NCBI RefSeq assembly: GCF_009914755.1
Contig: NC_060933.1
Direction: 5' to 3' (one strand)
Length of the DNA: 64,000 nucleotides
Source of the DNA: the human T2T-CHM13v2.0 reference genome, Homo sapiens
The notes under the pieces are model-generated. The model was not told where the DNA came from. It saw only the letters and a list, made by a program, of their open reading frames with translations, and made no database searches. Shown here one piece after another: positions 14,101 to 27,487 of this stretch. How positions within the stretch are numbered: the first letter of the stretch is position 1; each line of letters begins with the position of its first letter. Position numbers and translations under genes: made by a program.

Positions 14101-17100
14101 CTCGATTGCAATGGGATGGAATGGAATGGAATGGAAGGGAAAGGAATAGAATGGAATTAACCTGAACAGAATGGAATGGAATGGAATGGAACGGAATGGA
14201 ATGGAACGGAATGGAATGGAATGGAATGGAATGAACCCGTGTGCAATGAAATGGAATGGAATGGAATGGAATGGAATGGAATGGAAACATCCCGAGTGCA
14301 TGGTAATGGAATGGAATGAAAGGCAATGGAATGGAATCATCCGGAATGGATTGGAATGGAATGGAATGGAATGGAATGGAATCAACTCGATTGCAATGGA
14401 ATGGAATGGAATGGAATGGAATGGAATGGAATGGAATTAACCCGAATAGAATCGAATGGAATGGAATGGAATGGAATGGAATGGAATGGAAGGGAATGGA
14501 ATGTAATGGAATGGAATGGAATTAACCCGAATAGAATGGAATGGAACGTAAAGGAAGGGAATGGAATGTAATCAACTCGAGTGCAGGGGAAAGCAAAGCA
14601 ATGGAATGAAATGGAATGGAGTCATACGGAATGGAAGGGAATGGAATGGAATCAACCAGAGTGCAATGGAATGGAGTGGAATGGAATGGAATAGAATGGA
14701 AACAACACGAATGGAATAGAATGTATTGGAGTGTAAGGGAATTGAATAGAATCAATAGAATCAATCAATCAATCCGAATGTAATTGAATGGAACGGAAAG
14801 GAATGGAAAGGAATGGAATGGAATGGAATGGAATGGAATGGAATGGAATGAAATGGAATGGCATGGAATGGAATGGAATCAACCCGAGTTCAATGGAATT
14901 GAATGGAATGGAATGGAATGGAACGGAATGGAATGGAATGGAATCAACTCGATTGCAATGGAATGGAAAGGAATGGAATGGAATGGAATGGAATGGAATG
15001 GAATGGAATGGAATGGAATTAACCCTACTAGAATGGAATGGAATGGAATGGAATGGAATAGAATGGAATGGAAGGGAATGGAATGGAATGGAATGGAATG
15101 GAATTAACCCGAATAGAATGGAATGGAATGGAATGGAATGGAATGGAATGGAATGGAATCAACTCGATTTGAATGGAATGGAATGAAATGGAATGGAATG
15201 CAATGGAAGGGAATGGAATGGAATGGAATGATATTAACCCGAATAGAATGGAATGGAATGGAATGGAATGGAATGGAATGGAATGGAATAGAATGGAATC
15301 CACCCGAGTGCAGGGGAATGGAATGGAATGGAATGCAATGGAATGGAATCATACGGAATGGAATGGAATGGAATGGAATGCAATGGAATGGAATGGAATC
15401 AACCCGATTGCAATGGAATGGAGTGGAATGGAATGGAATGGAATGGAAACAACTCGAATGGAATGGAATGTAATGGAGAGTAAGGGAATTGAATAGAATC
15501 AATACGAATGTAATGGAATGGAATGGAACGGAATGGAATGCAATGGAATGGAATGGAATGCAATGGAATGGGATCAACCCGAGTGAAATGGAATGGAATC
15601 GAAAGGAATGGAATGGAATGGAATGGTTTCAACCCGAATGGAATGGAAAGGAATGGAATCAACCCGAGTGGAATGGAATGGAATGGAATGGAATGGGTTC
15701 AACTCGAATGGAATGGAAAGGAATGGAATCAACCCGAGTGGAATGGCATGGAATGGAATGGAATGGAATGGAATGGAATGGAAGGGAATGGAATGGAATG
15801 GAATTAACCTGAACAGAATGGAAGGGAATGGAATGGAACGGAACGGAATGGAATGGAATGGAATGGAATGGAATGGAATGCAATGGAATGGGATCAACCC
15901 GAGTACAGGGGAATGGAATGCAAGGGAATGCAATGGAATGGAATCATCCGGAATGGAATGGAATGGAATGGCATGCAATGGAATGGAATCAATCAACCCG
16001 ACTGCAATAGAATGCAGTGGAATGGAATGGAATGGTATGGAAACTACCCGAATGGAATAGAATGTAATGGAGTGTAAGGGAATTAAAAAGAATCAATCCG
16101 AATGTAATGGAATTGAATGGAACGGAATGGAATGGAATGGAATGGAATGGAATGGAATGGAATGGAATTAACCCGAATAGAATGGAATGGAATGGAATGG
16201 AATGGAATGGAAGTAAATGGAATGGAATGTAATGAACCCGAGTGCAGGGGAATGGAATGGAATGGAATTCAATGGAATGGAGTCATCCGGAATGGAACAG
16301 AAAGGAATGGAATGGAATCAACCCGTGTGCAATGGAATGGAAAGGAATGGAATGGAATGGAATGGAATGGAATGGAATGGAATGGATTCAACCCGAATGG
16401 AATGGAAAGGAAGGGAATCAACCCAAGTGGAATGGCATGGAATGGAATGGAATGGAATGGAATGGAATGGAATGGTTCCGAATAGAATGGAATGGAACGA
16501 AATGGAATAGAATGGAATGGAATGGAATGGAATCAACCCGAGTGCAATGGAATGGAGTGGAATGGAAGGGAATGACATGGAAACAACCCGAATGGAATGG
16601 AATGAAATGGAGTGTAAGGGAATTGAATACAATCAATCCGAATGTAATGGAATGGAATGGAACGGAATGGAATGGAATGGAATGGAATGGAATGCAGTGG
16701 AATGGAATCAAACCTAGTGCAATGGAATGGAATGGAATGGAATGGAATGGAATGGATTCAACCCAAATGGAATGGAAAGCAATGGAATCAACCCGAGTGG
16801 AATGGCATCGAATGGAATGGAATGGAATGGAATGGAATGGATTGGAATGGAATGGAATGGAATGGTACGGAATAGAATGGAATGGAACGAAATGGAATGG
16901 AATGGAATGGAATGGAACGGAATGGAATGGAATCAACTCGATTGCAATGGAATGTAATGGAATGGAATGGAATGCTATTATCGCGAATAGAATGGAATGG
17001 AATGGAATGGAACGGAATGGAATGGAATGGAATGGAATGGAATCGAATGGAATCAACCTGAGTGCAGGGGAATGGAATGGAATGGAATGCAATGGAATGT

Positions 17101-20100
17101 AATGGAATGGAATGCAATGGAATCAACTCGATTGCAATGGGATGGAATGGAATGGAATGGAAGGGAAAGGAATAGAATGGAATTAACCTGAACAGAATGG
17201 AATGGAATGGAATGGAACGGAATGGAATGGAACGGAATGGAATGGAATGGAATGGAATGAACCCGTGTGCAATGGAATGGAATGGAATGGAATGGAATGG
17301 AATGGAATGGGTTCAACTCGAATGGAATGGAAAGGAATGGAATCAACACGAGTGGAATGGCATGGAATGGAATGGAATGGAATGGAATGGAATGGAAAGG
17401 AATGGAATGGAATGAAATGTAATGGAATGGAATGGAATGGAATCAACCCGAGTGCAGTGTAATGGAATCGAATGGAATGGAATGGAATGGAATGGATTCA
17501 ACACGAATGGAATGGAAAGGAATGGAATAAACCCGCGTGGAATGGCATGGAATGGAGTGGAATGGAATGAAAAGTAAAGGAATGGAATGGAATGGAATCA
17601 ACCAGAGTGCAAAGTAATGGAATCGAATGGAATGGAATGGAATGGAATGGATTCAACCCGAATGGAATGGAAAGGAATGGAATAAAACCGAGTGGAATGG
17701 CATGGAATGGAATGGAATGGAATGGAATGGAATGGAATGGAATGGAATGGAATGGAATGGTACGGAATAGAATGGAATGGAACGAAATGGAATGGAATGG
17801 AATGGAATGGAACGGAATGGAATGGAATCAACTCGATTGCAATGGAATGTGATGGAATGGAATGGAATGCAATTAACGCGAATAGAATGGAATGGAATGG
17901 AATGGAACGGAATGGAATGGAATGGAATGGAATGGAATCGAATGGAATCAACCTGAGTGCAGGGGAATGGAATGGAATGGAATGCAATGGAATGTAATGG
18001 AATGGAATGCAATGGAATGAACTCGATTGCAATGGGATGGAATGGAATGGAATGGAAGGGAAAGGAATAGAATGGAATTAACCTGAACAGAATGGAATGG
18101 AATGGAATGGAACGGAATGGAATGGAACGGAATGGAATGGAATGGAATGGAATGAACCCGTGTGCAATGAAATGGAATGGAATGGAATGGAATGGAATGG
18201 AATGGAAACAACCCGAGTGCATGGTAATGGAATGGAATGAAAGGCAATGGAATGGAATCATCCGGAATGGATTGGAATGGAATGGAATGGAATGGAATGG
18301 AATCAACTCGATTGCAATGGAATGGAATGGAATGGAATGGAATGGAATGGAATGGAATGGAATTAACCCGAATAGAATCGAATGGAATGGAATGGAATGG
18401 AATGGAATGGAATGGAATGGAAGGGAATGGAATGTAATGGAATGGAATGGAATTAACCCGAATAGAATGGAATGGAACGTAAAGGAAGGGAATGGAATGT
18501 AATCAACTCGAGTGCAGGGGAAAGCAATGCAATGGAATGAAATGGAATGGAGTCATACGGAATGGAAGGGAATGGAATGGAATCAACCAGAGTGCAATGG
18601 AATGGAGTGGAATGGAATGGAATAGAATGGAAACAACACGAATGGAATAGAATGTATTGGAGTGTAAGGGAATTGAATAGAATCAATAGAATCAATCAAT
18701 CAATCCGAATGTAATTGAATGGAACGGAAAGGAATGGAATGCAATGGAATGGAATGGAATGGAATGGAATGGAATGAAATGGAATGGCATGGAATGGAAT
18801 GGAATCAACCCGAGTTCAATGGAATTGAATGGAATGGAATGGAATGGAACGGAATGGAATGGAATGGAATCAACTCGATTGCAATGGAATGGAAAGGAAT
18901 GGAATGGAATGGAATGGAATGGAATGGAATGGAATTAACCCTACTAGAATGGAATGGAATGGAATGGAATGGAATGGAATAGAATGGAATGGAAGGGAAT
19001 GGAATGGAATGGAATGGAATGGAATTAACCCGAATAGAATGGAATGGAATGGAATGGAATGGAATGGAATGGAATGGAATGGAATCAACTCGATTTGAAT
19101 GGAATGGAATGAAATGGAATGGAATGCAATGGAAGGGAATGGAATGGAATGGAATGATATTAACCCGAATAGAATGGAATGGAATGGAATGGAATGGAAT
19201 GGAATGGAATGGAATAGAATGGAATCCACCCGAGTGCAGGGGAATGGAATGGAATGGAATGCAATGGAATGGAATCATACGGAATGGAATGGAATGGAAT
19301 GGAATGCAATGGAATGGAATGGAATCAACCCGATTGCAATGGAATGGAGTGGAATGGAATGGAATGGAATGGAAACAACTCGAATGGAATGGAATGTAAT
19401 GGAGAGTAAGGGAATTGAATAGAATCAATACGAATGTAATGGAATGGAATGGAACGGAATGGAATGCAATGGAATGGAATGGAATGCAATGGAATGGGAT
19501 CAACCCGAGTGAAATGGAATGGAATCGAAAGGAATGGAATGGAATGGAATGGTTTCAACCCGAATGGAATGGAAAGGAATGGAATCAACCCGAGTGGAAT
19601 GGAATGGAATGGAATGGAATGGGTTCAACTCGAATGGAATGGAAAGGAATGGAATCAACCCGAGTGGAATGGCATGGAATGGAATGGAATGGAATGGAAT
19701 GGAATGGAATGGAAGGGAATGGAATGGAATGGAATTAACCTGAACAGAATGGAAGGGAATGGAATGGAACGGAACGGAATGGAATGGAATGGAATGGAAT
19801 GGAATGGAATGCAATGGAATGGGATCAACCCGAGTACAGGGGAATGGAATGCAATGGAATGCAATGGAATGGAATCATCCGGAATGGAATGGAATGGAAT
19901 GGCATGCAATGGAATGGAATCAATCAACCCGACTGCAATAGAATGCAGTGGAATGGAATGGAATGGTATGGAAACTACCCGAATGGAATAGAATGTAATG
20001 GAGTGTAAGGGAATTAAAAAGAATCAATCCGAATGTAATGGAATTGAATGGAACGGAATGGAATGGAATGGAATGGAATGGAATGGAATGGAATGGAATT

Positions 20101-22800
20101 AACCCGAATAGAATGGAATGGAATGGAATGGAATGGAATGGAAGTAAATGGAATGGAATGTAATGAACCCGAGTGCAGGGGAATGGAATGGAATGGAATG
20201 CAATGGAATGGAGTCATCCGGAATGGAACAGAAAGGAATGGAATGCAATCAACCCGTGTGCAATGGAATGGAAAGGAATGGAATGGAATGGAATGGAATG
20301 GAATGGAATGGAATGGAATGGATTCAACCCGAATGGAATGGAAAGGAAGGGAATCAACCCAAGTGGAATGGCATGGAATGGAATGGAATGGAATGGAATG
20401 GAATGGAATGGAATGGTACCGAATAGAATGGAATGGAACGAAATGGAATAGAATGGAATGGAATGGAATGGAATCAACCCGAGTGCAATGGAATGGAGTG
20501 GAATGGAATGGAATGACATGGAAACAACCCGAATGGAATGGAATGAAATGGAGTGTAAGGGAATTGAATACAATCAATCCGAATGTAATGGAATGGAATG
20601 GAACGGAATGGAATGGAATGGAATGGAATGCAGTGGAATGGAATCAAACCTAGTGCAATGGAATGGAATGGAATGGAATGGAATGGAATGGAATGGAATG
20701 GATTCAACCCAAATGGAATGGAAAGCAATGGAATCAACCCGAGTGGAATGGCATGGAATGGAATGGAATGGAATGGAATGGAATGGAATGGAATGGAATG
20801 GTACGGAATAGAATGGAATGGAATGAAATGGAATGGAATGGAATGGAATGGAACGTAATGGAATGGAATCAACTCGATTGCAATGGAATGTAATGGAATG
20901 GAATGGAATGCAATTAACGAGAATAGAATGGAATGGAACGGAATGGAATGGAATGGAATGGAATGGAATCGAATGGAATCAACCTGAGTGCAGGGGAATG
21001 GAATGGAATGGAATGCAATGGAATGTAATGGAATGGAATGCAATGGAATCAACTCGATTGCAATGGGATGGAATGGAATGGAATGGAAGGGAAAGGAATA
21101 GAATGGAATTAACCTGAACAGAATGGAATGGAATGGAATGGAACGGAATGGAATGGAAGGGAATGGAATGGAATGGAATGGAATGAACCCGTGTGCAATG
21201 GAATGGAATGGAATGGAATGGAATGGAATGGAATGGGTTCAACTCGAATGGAATGGAAAGGAATGGAATCAACACGAGTGGAATGGCATGGAATGGAATG
21301 GAATGGAATGGAATGGAATGGAATGGAATGAAATGTAATGGAATGGAATGGAATGGAATCAACCCGAGTGCAGTGTAATGGAATGGAATGGAATGGAATG
21401 GAATGGAATGGATTCAACACGAATGGAATGGAAAGGAATGGAATAAACCCGCGTGGAATGGCATGGAATGGAGTGGAATGGAATGAAATGTAAAGGAATG
21501 GAATGGAATGGAATCAACCCGAGTGCAATGTAATGGAATCGAATGGAATGGAATGGAATGGAATGGATTCAACCCGAATGGAATGGAAAGGAATGGAATA
21601 AACTCGAGTGGAATGGCATGGAATGGAATGGAATGGAATGGAATGGAATGGAATGGAATGGAATAGAATGGTACGGAATAGAATGGAATGGAAAGAAATG
21701 GAATGGAATGGAATGGAATGGAACGGAATGGAATGGAATCAACTCGATTGCAATGGAATGTGATGGAATGGAATGCAATGCAATTAACGCGAATAGAATG
21801 GAATGGAATGGAATGGAACGGAATGGAATGGAATGGAATGGAATGGAATGGAATCGAATGGAATCAACCTGAGTGCAGGGGAATGGAATGGCATGGAATG
21901 CAATGGAATGTAATGGAATGGAATGCAATGGAATCAACTCGATTGCAATGGGATGGAATGGAATGGAATGGAAGGGAAAGGAATAGAATGGAATTAACCT
22001 GAACAGAATGGAATGGAATGGAATGGAACGGAATGGAATGGAACGGAATGGAATGGAATGGAATGGAATGAACCCGTGTGCAATGAAATGGAATGGAATG
22101 GAATGGAATGGAATGGAATGGAAACAACCCGAGTGCATGGTAATGGAATGGAATGAAAGGCAATGGAATGGAATCATCCGGAATGGAATGGAATGGAATG
22201 GAATGGAATGGAATGGAATCAACTCGATTGCAATGGAATGGAATGGAATGGAATGGAATGGAATGGAATGGAATGGAATGGAATTAACCCGAATAGAATC
22301 GAATGGAATGGAATGGAATTGAATGGAATGGAATGGAATGGAAGAGAATGGAATGTAATGGAATGGAATGGAATTAACCCGAATAGAATGGAATGGAACG
22401 GAAAGGAAGGGAATGGAATGTAATCAACTCGAGTGCAGGGGAAAGCAATGCAATGGAATGAAATGGAATGGAGTCATACGGAATGGAAGGGAATGGAATG
22501 GAATCAACCAGAGTGCAATGGAATGGAGTGGAATGGAATGGAATAGAATGGAAACAACACGAATGGAATAGAATGTATTGGAGTGTAAGGGAATTGAATA
22601 GAATCAATAGAATCAATCAATCAATCCGAATGTAATTGAATGGAATGGAAAGGAATGGAATGGAATGGAATGGAATGGAATGGAATGGAATGGAATGGAA
22701 TGAAATGGAATGGCATGGAATGGAATGGAATCAACCCGAGTTCAATGGAATGGAATGGAATGGAATGGAATGGAATGGAATGGAATCAACTCGATTGCAA
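11140..22800 (+). repeat. ~3.83-3.93 kb higher-order repeat, 3 copies (subfamily B)
   Basis: Marker aacaacacgaatggaatagaatgtattgg at 14701, 18632, 22553 (spacings 3931, 3921). Marker gtgtaagggaattaaaaag at 12241, 16072, 20003 (3831, 3931). Confidence 0.9.
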
Positions 22801-25309
22801 TGGAATGGAATGGAATGGAATAGAATGGAATGGAATGGAATGGAATGGAATGGAATGGAATGGAATGGAATGGATTCAACCCGAATGGAATGGAAAGGAT
22901 GGGAATCAACCCAAGTGGAATGGCATGGAATGGAATGGATTTGAATGGAATGGAATGGAATGGTACCGAATAGAATGGAATGGAAGGAAATGGAATAGAA
23001 TGGAATGGAATGGAATGCAATCAACCTGAGTGCAATGGAATGGAGTGGAATGGATTGGAATGGAATGGAAACAACCTGAATGGAATGGAATGAAATGGAG
23101 AGTAAGGGAATTGAATACAATCAATTCGAATGTAATGGAATGGAATGGAATGGAACGGAATGGAAAGGAATGGAATGGAATGGAATGCAGTTGAATGGAA
23201 TCAAACCTAGTGCAATGGAATAGAATGGAATGGAATGGAATGGAATGGAATGGAATGGAATGGAATGGATTCAACCCAAATGGAATGGAAAGCAATGGAA
23301 TCAACCCGAGTGGAATGGCATGGAATGGAATGGAATGGAATGGTATGGAATAGAATGCAATGGAACGAAATGGAATGGAATGGAATGGAATGGAATGGAA
23401 TGGAATGGAATGGAATCATTCCGAGTGGAATAGAAGGGAATGAATTCCAGTGGAATGGAAAGGAATGGAATCAACCAGAGTGGAATGGAAGGGAATGGAA
23501 TGGAATGGAAACTAATAAAATGGAATCAACACGAGTGGAATGGAATGGAAAGGACTTGAATGGAATGGAATGGAATGGAATGGAATGGAATCAGCTCGAT
23601 TGCAATGGAACGTAAGTGAATGGAATGGAATGGAATTAACGCGAATAGAATGGAATGGAATGGAATGGAATGGAATGGAATGGAATGGAATGGAATCAAC
23701 CTGAGTGCAGGGGAATGGAATGCAATGGAATGGAATGGAATGGAATGCAATGGAATCAACTAGATTGCAATGGAATGGAATGGAATGGAATGGAATGGAA
23801 TGGAATGGAATGGAATGGAACGGAATTAACCTGAACAGAATGGAATGGAATGGAATGGAATGGAATGGAATGGAACGGAATGGAATGGAATGGAATGGAA
23901 TGGAATCAACCCGAGTGCAGGGGAATGGAATGGAATGGAATGCAATGGAATGGAATCATCCGGAATGGAATGGAATGGAATGGAATGCAATGGAATGGAA
24001 TCAATCAACCCGAGTGCAATGCAATGGAGTGTAATGGAATCGAATGGAATGGAAACTACCCGAATGGAATGGAATGTAATGGAGTGTAAGGGAATTGAAA
24101 AGAATCAATCCGAATGTAATGGAATGGAATGGAACGGAATGAAATGGAATGGCATGGAATGGAATGGAATCAAACCGAGTGCAATGGAATGGAATTGAAC
24201 GGAATGGAATGGAAAGGAATGGATTCAACCCGAATGGAATGGAAAGGAATGGAAAAAACCCGAGTTTAATGGCATGGAATGGAATGAAATGGAGTGGAAT
24301 GGAATGGAATGGAATGGAATGGTACGGAATAGAATGGAATGGAACGAAATGGAATAGAATGGAATGGAAAGGAATGGAATGAAAACGTGTGCAATGGATT
24401 GGAATGGAATGGAATGGAATGGAATGGAATGGAATGGAATGGGTTCGACTCGAATGGAATGGAATGGAATGGAATCAACCCGAGTGGAATGGCATGGAAT
24501 GGAATGGAATGGAATGGAATGGAATGGAATGGAATGGAAACAACACGAGTGCAATGTTATGGAATCGAATGGAATGGAATGGAATGGAATGGATTCAACC
24601 CGAATGGAATGGAAAGGAATGGAATAAACCCGAGTGCAATGGCATGGAATGGAGTCTAATGGAATGGAATGGAATGGAATGGTATGGAATAGAATGGAAT
24701 GGAACGAAATGGAATGGAATGGAATGGAATGGAATGAAATGAACCCGTGTGCAATGGAATGGAATGGAATGGAATGGAATGGAATGGAATGGGTTCTACT
24801 CGAATGGAATGGAAAGCAATGGAATCAACCCGAGTAGAATGGCATGGAATGGAATGGAATGGAATGGAATGGAATGGAATGGAATGGAATGGAATGGTAC
24901 GGAATAGAATGGAATGGAGCGAAATGGAATGGAATGGAATGGAATGGAATGGAATGGAATGGAATGGAATGGAATGGAATGGAATAAACCCGAGTGCAAT
25001 GGAATGGAGTGGAATGGAATGGAATGGAATGGAACAACCCGAATGGAATGGAATGTAATGGAGAGTAAGGGAGTTGAATAGAATCAATCCGAATGTAATG
25101 GAATGGAATGGAAAGGAATGAAATTGAATGGAATGGAATGGAATGCAATGGAATGGAATCAACCCGAGTACAATGGAATGGAATGGAATGGAATGGAATG
25201 GAATGGAATGGAATGGAATGAAATGGAATGATACGGAATAGAATGGAATGGAACGAAATGGAATGGAATGGAATGGAATGGAATGGAATGGAATGGAATG
25301 GAATGGAAT

Positions 25310-27130
25310 GGAATCGTTCCGAGTGGAATAGGAGGGAATGTATTCGAGTGGAATGGAAAGGAATGGAATCAACCAGAGTGGAATGGAAGGGAATGGAATG
25401 GAATGGAAATTAATAGAATGGAATCAACACGAGTGGAATGGAATGGAAAGGACTGGAATGGAATGGAATGGAATGGAATCAACTCGATTGTAATGGAATG
25501 CAATGGAATGGAATGGAATGGAATGGAATGGAGTGGAATGGAATGGAATCAACCCGAGTGCAGGGGAATGGAATGGAATGGAATGCAATGGAATGGAATC
25601 ATCCGGAATGGAATGGAATGGAATGGAATGCAAAGCAATGGAATCAACTCGATTGCAATGGAATGGAATGGAATGGAAAGGAATACATTGGAATCAACCC
25701 GACTGGAATGGAATGGAAAGGACTGGAATGGAGTGGAATGGAATGGAATGGAATGGAATGGAATCAACTCGATTGGAATGGAATGCAATGGAATGGAATG
25801 GAATTAACCCGAATAGAATGGAATGGAATGGAATGGAACGGAACGGAATGGAATGCAATGGAATGGAATGGAATGGAATGGAATGGAATGGAATCAACCC
25901 GACTGCAGGGGAATGGAATGGAATGGAATGCAATGGAATGGATTCAACTTGAATGGAATGGAAAGAATGGAATCAACACGAGTGGAATGGCATGGATTGG
26001 AATGGAATTGAATGGAATCAACCCGAGTACAGGGGAATGGAATGGAATGGAATGCAATGGAATGGAATCATCCGTAATGGAATGGAAAGGAATGGAATGG
26101 AATGGAATGGAATGGAATGGAATGGAATGGAATCAACTCGATTGCAATCGAATGGAATGCAATGGAATTAACCCGAATAGAATGGAATGGAATGGAATGG
26201 AACGGAACGGAACGGAATGGAATGGATTGGAATGGAATGGAATGGAATGGAACGGAAAGGAATGGAATGGAATGGAATGGAATGGAATGGAATGCAATGG
26301 AATGGAATCAACCCGAGTGCAATGGAATGGAATGGAATGGAATGGAATGATACGGAATAGAATGGAATGGAACGAAATGGAATGGAATGGAATGGAATGG
26401 AATGGAATGGAATGGAATGGAATGGAATCGTTCCGAGTGGAATACGAGGGAATGTATTCCAGTGGAATGGAAAGGAATGGAATCAACCAGAGAGGAATGG
26501 AAGGGAATGGAATGGAATGGAAACTAATAGAATTGAATCAACCCGAGTGGAATGGAATGGAAAGGACTGGAATGGAATGGAATGGAATGGAATCAACTCG
26601 ATTGTAGTGGAATGGAATGGAATGGAATGGAATGAAATGGCATTAACCCGAATACAATGGAATGGAATGGAATGGAACGGAATGGAGTGGAATGGAATGG
26701 AATCAACCCGAGTGCAGGGGAATGGAATGGAATGGAATGCAATGGAATGGAATCATCCGGAATGGAATGGAATGGAATGGAATGCAAAGCAATTTAATCA
26801 ACTCGATTGCAATGGAATGGAATGGAATGGAAAGGAATACATTGGAATCAACCCGAGTGGAATGGAATGGAAAGGACTGGAATGGAGTGGAATGGAATGG
26901 AATGGAATGGAATGGAATCAACTCGATTGGAATGGAATGGAATGGAATGGAATGGAATGGAATGGAATGGAATTAACCCGAATAGAATGGAATGGAATGG
27001 AATGGAACGGAATGGAATGGAATGGAATGGAATGGAATGGAATCAACTCGACTGCAGGGGAATGGAATGGAATGGAATGCAATGGAATGGATTCAACTTG
27101 AATGGAATTGAAAGAATGGAATCAACACGA
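25310..27130 (+). repeat. ~1.1 kb diverged tandem duplication
   Basis: atcgttccgag at ~25313 and ~26427, atacattgg at ~25683 and ~26837, caacttg at ~25945 and ~27094. Confidence 0.7.
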
Positions 27131-27472
27131 GTGGAATGGCATGGATTGGAATGGAATTGAATGGAATCAACCCGAGTACAGGGGAATGGAATGGAATGAA
27201 ATGCAATGGAATGGAATCATCCGTAATGGAATGGAAAGGAATGCAATGGAATGGAATGGAATGGAATGGAATGGAATCAACTCGATTGCAATCGAATGGA
27301 ATGGAATGGAATTAACCCGAATAGAATGGAATGGAATGGAATGGAACGGAACGGAATGGAATGGAATGGAATGGAATGGAACGGAAAGGAAGGGAATGGA
27401 ATGGAATAGAATGGAATGGAATGGAATCAACGCGAGTGCAGGGGAATGGAATGGAATGGAATGCAATGGAAT

Positions 27473-27487
27473 GGAATCTTCCGGAAT
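27473..27487. promoter_or_regulatory. Perfect 3-unit heat-shock element motif (first right-arm copy)
   Basis: gGAAt-cTTCc-gGAAt matches nGAAn-nTTCn-nGAAn. Eighteen further copies counted up to 63111. Motif match only. Confidence 0.5.

Noticed and set aside
11140-22800. Identification of the 3.9 kb HOR with DYZ1, or of the 1.85 kb pair with D15Z1
   Set aside because: Only rough size similarity. These units are local 2-3 copy duplications and I cannot compare sequences without a database.
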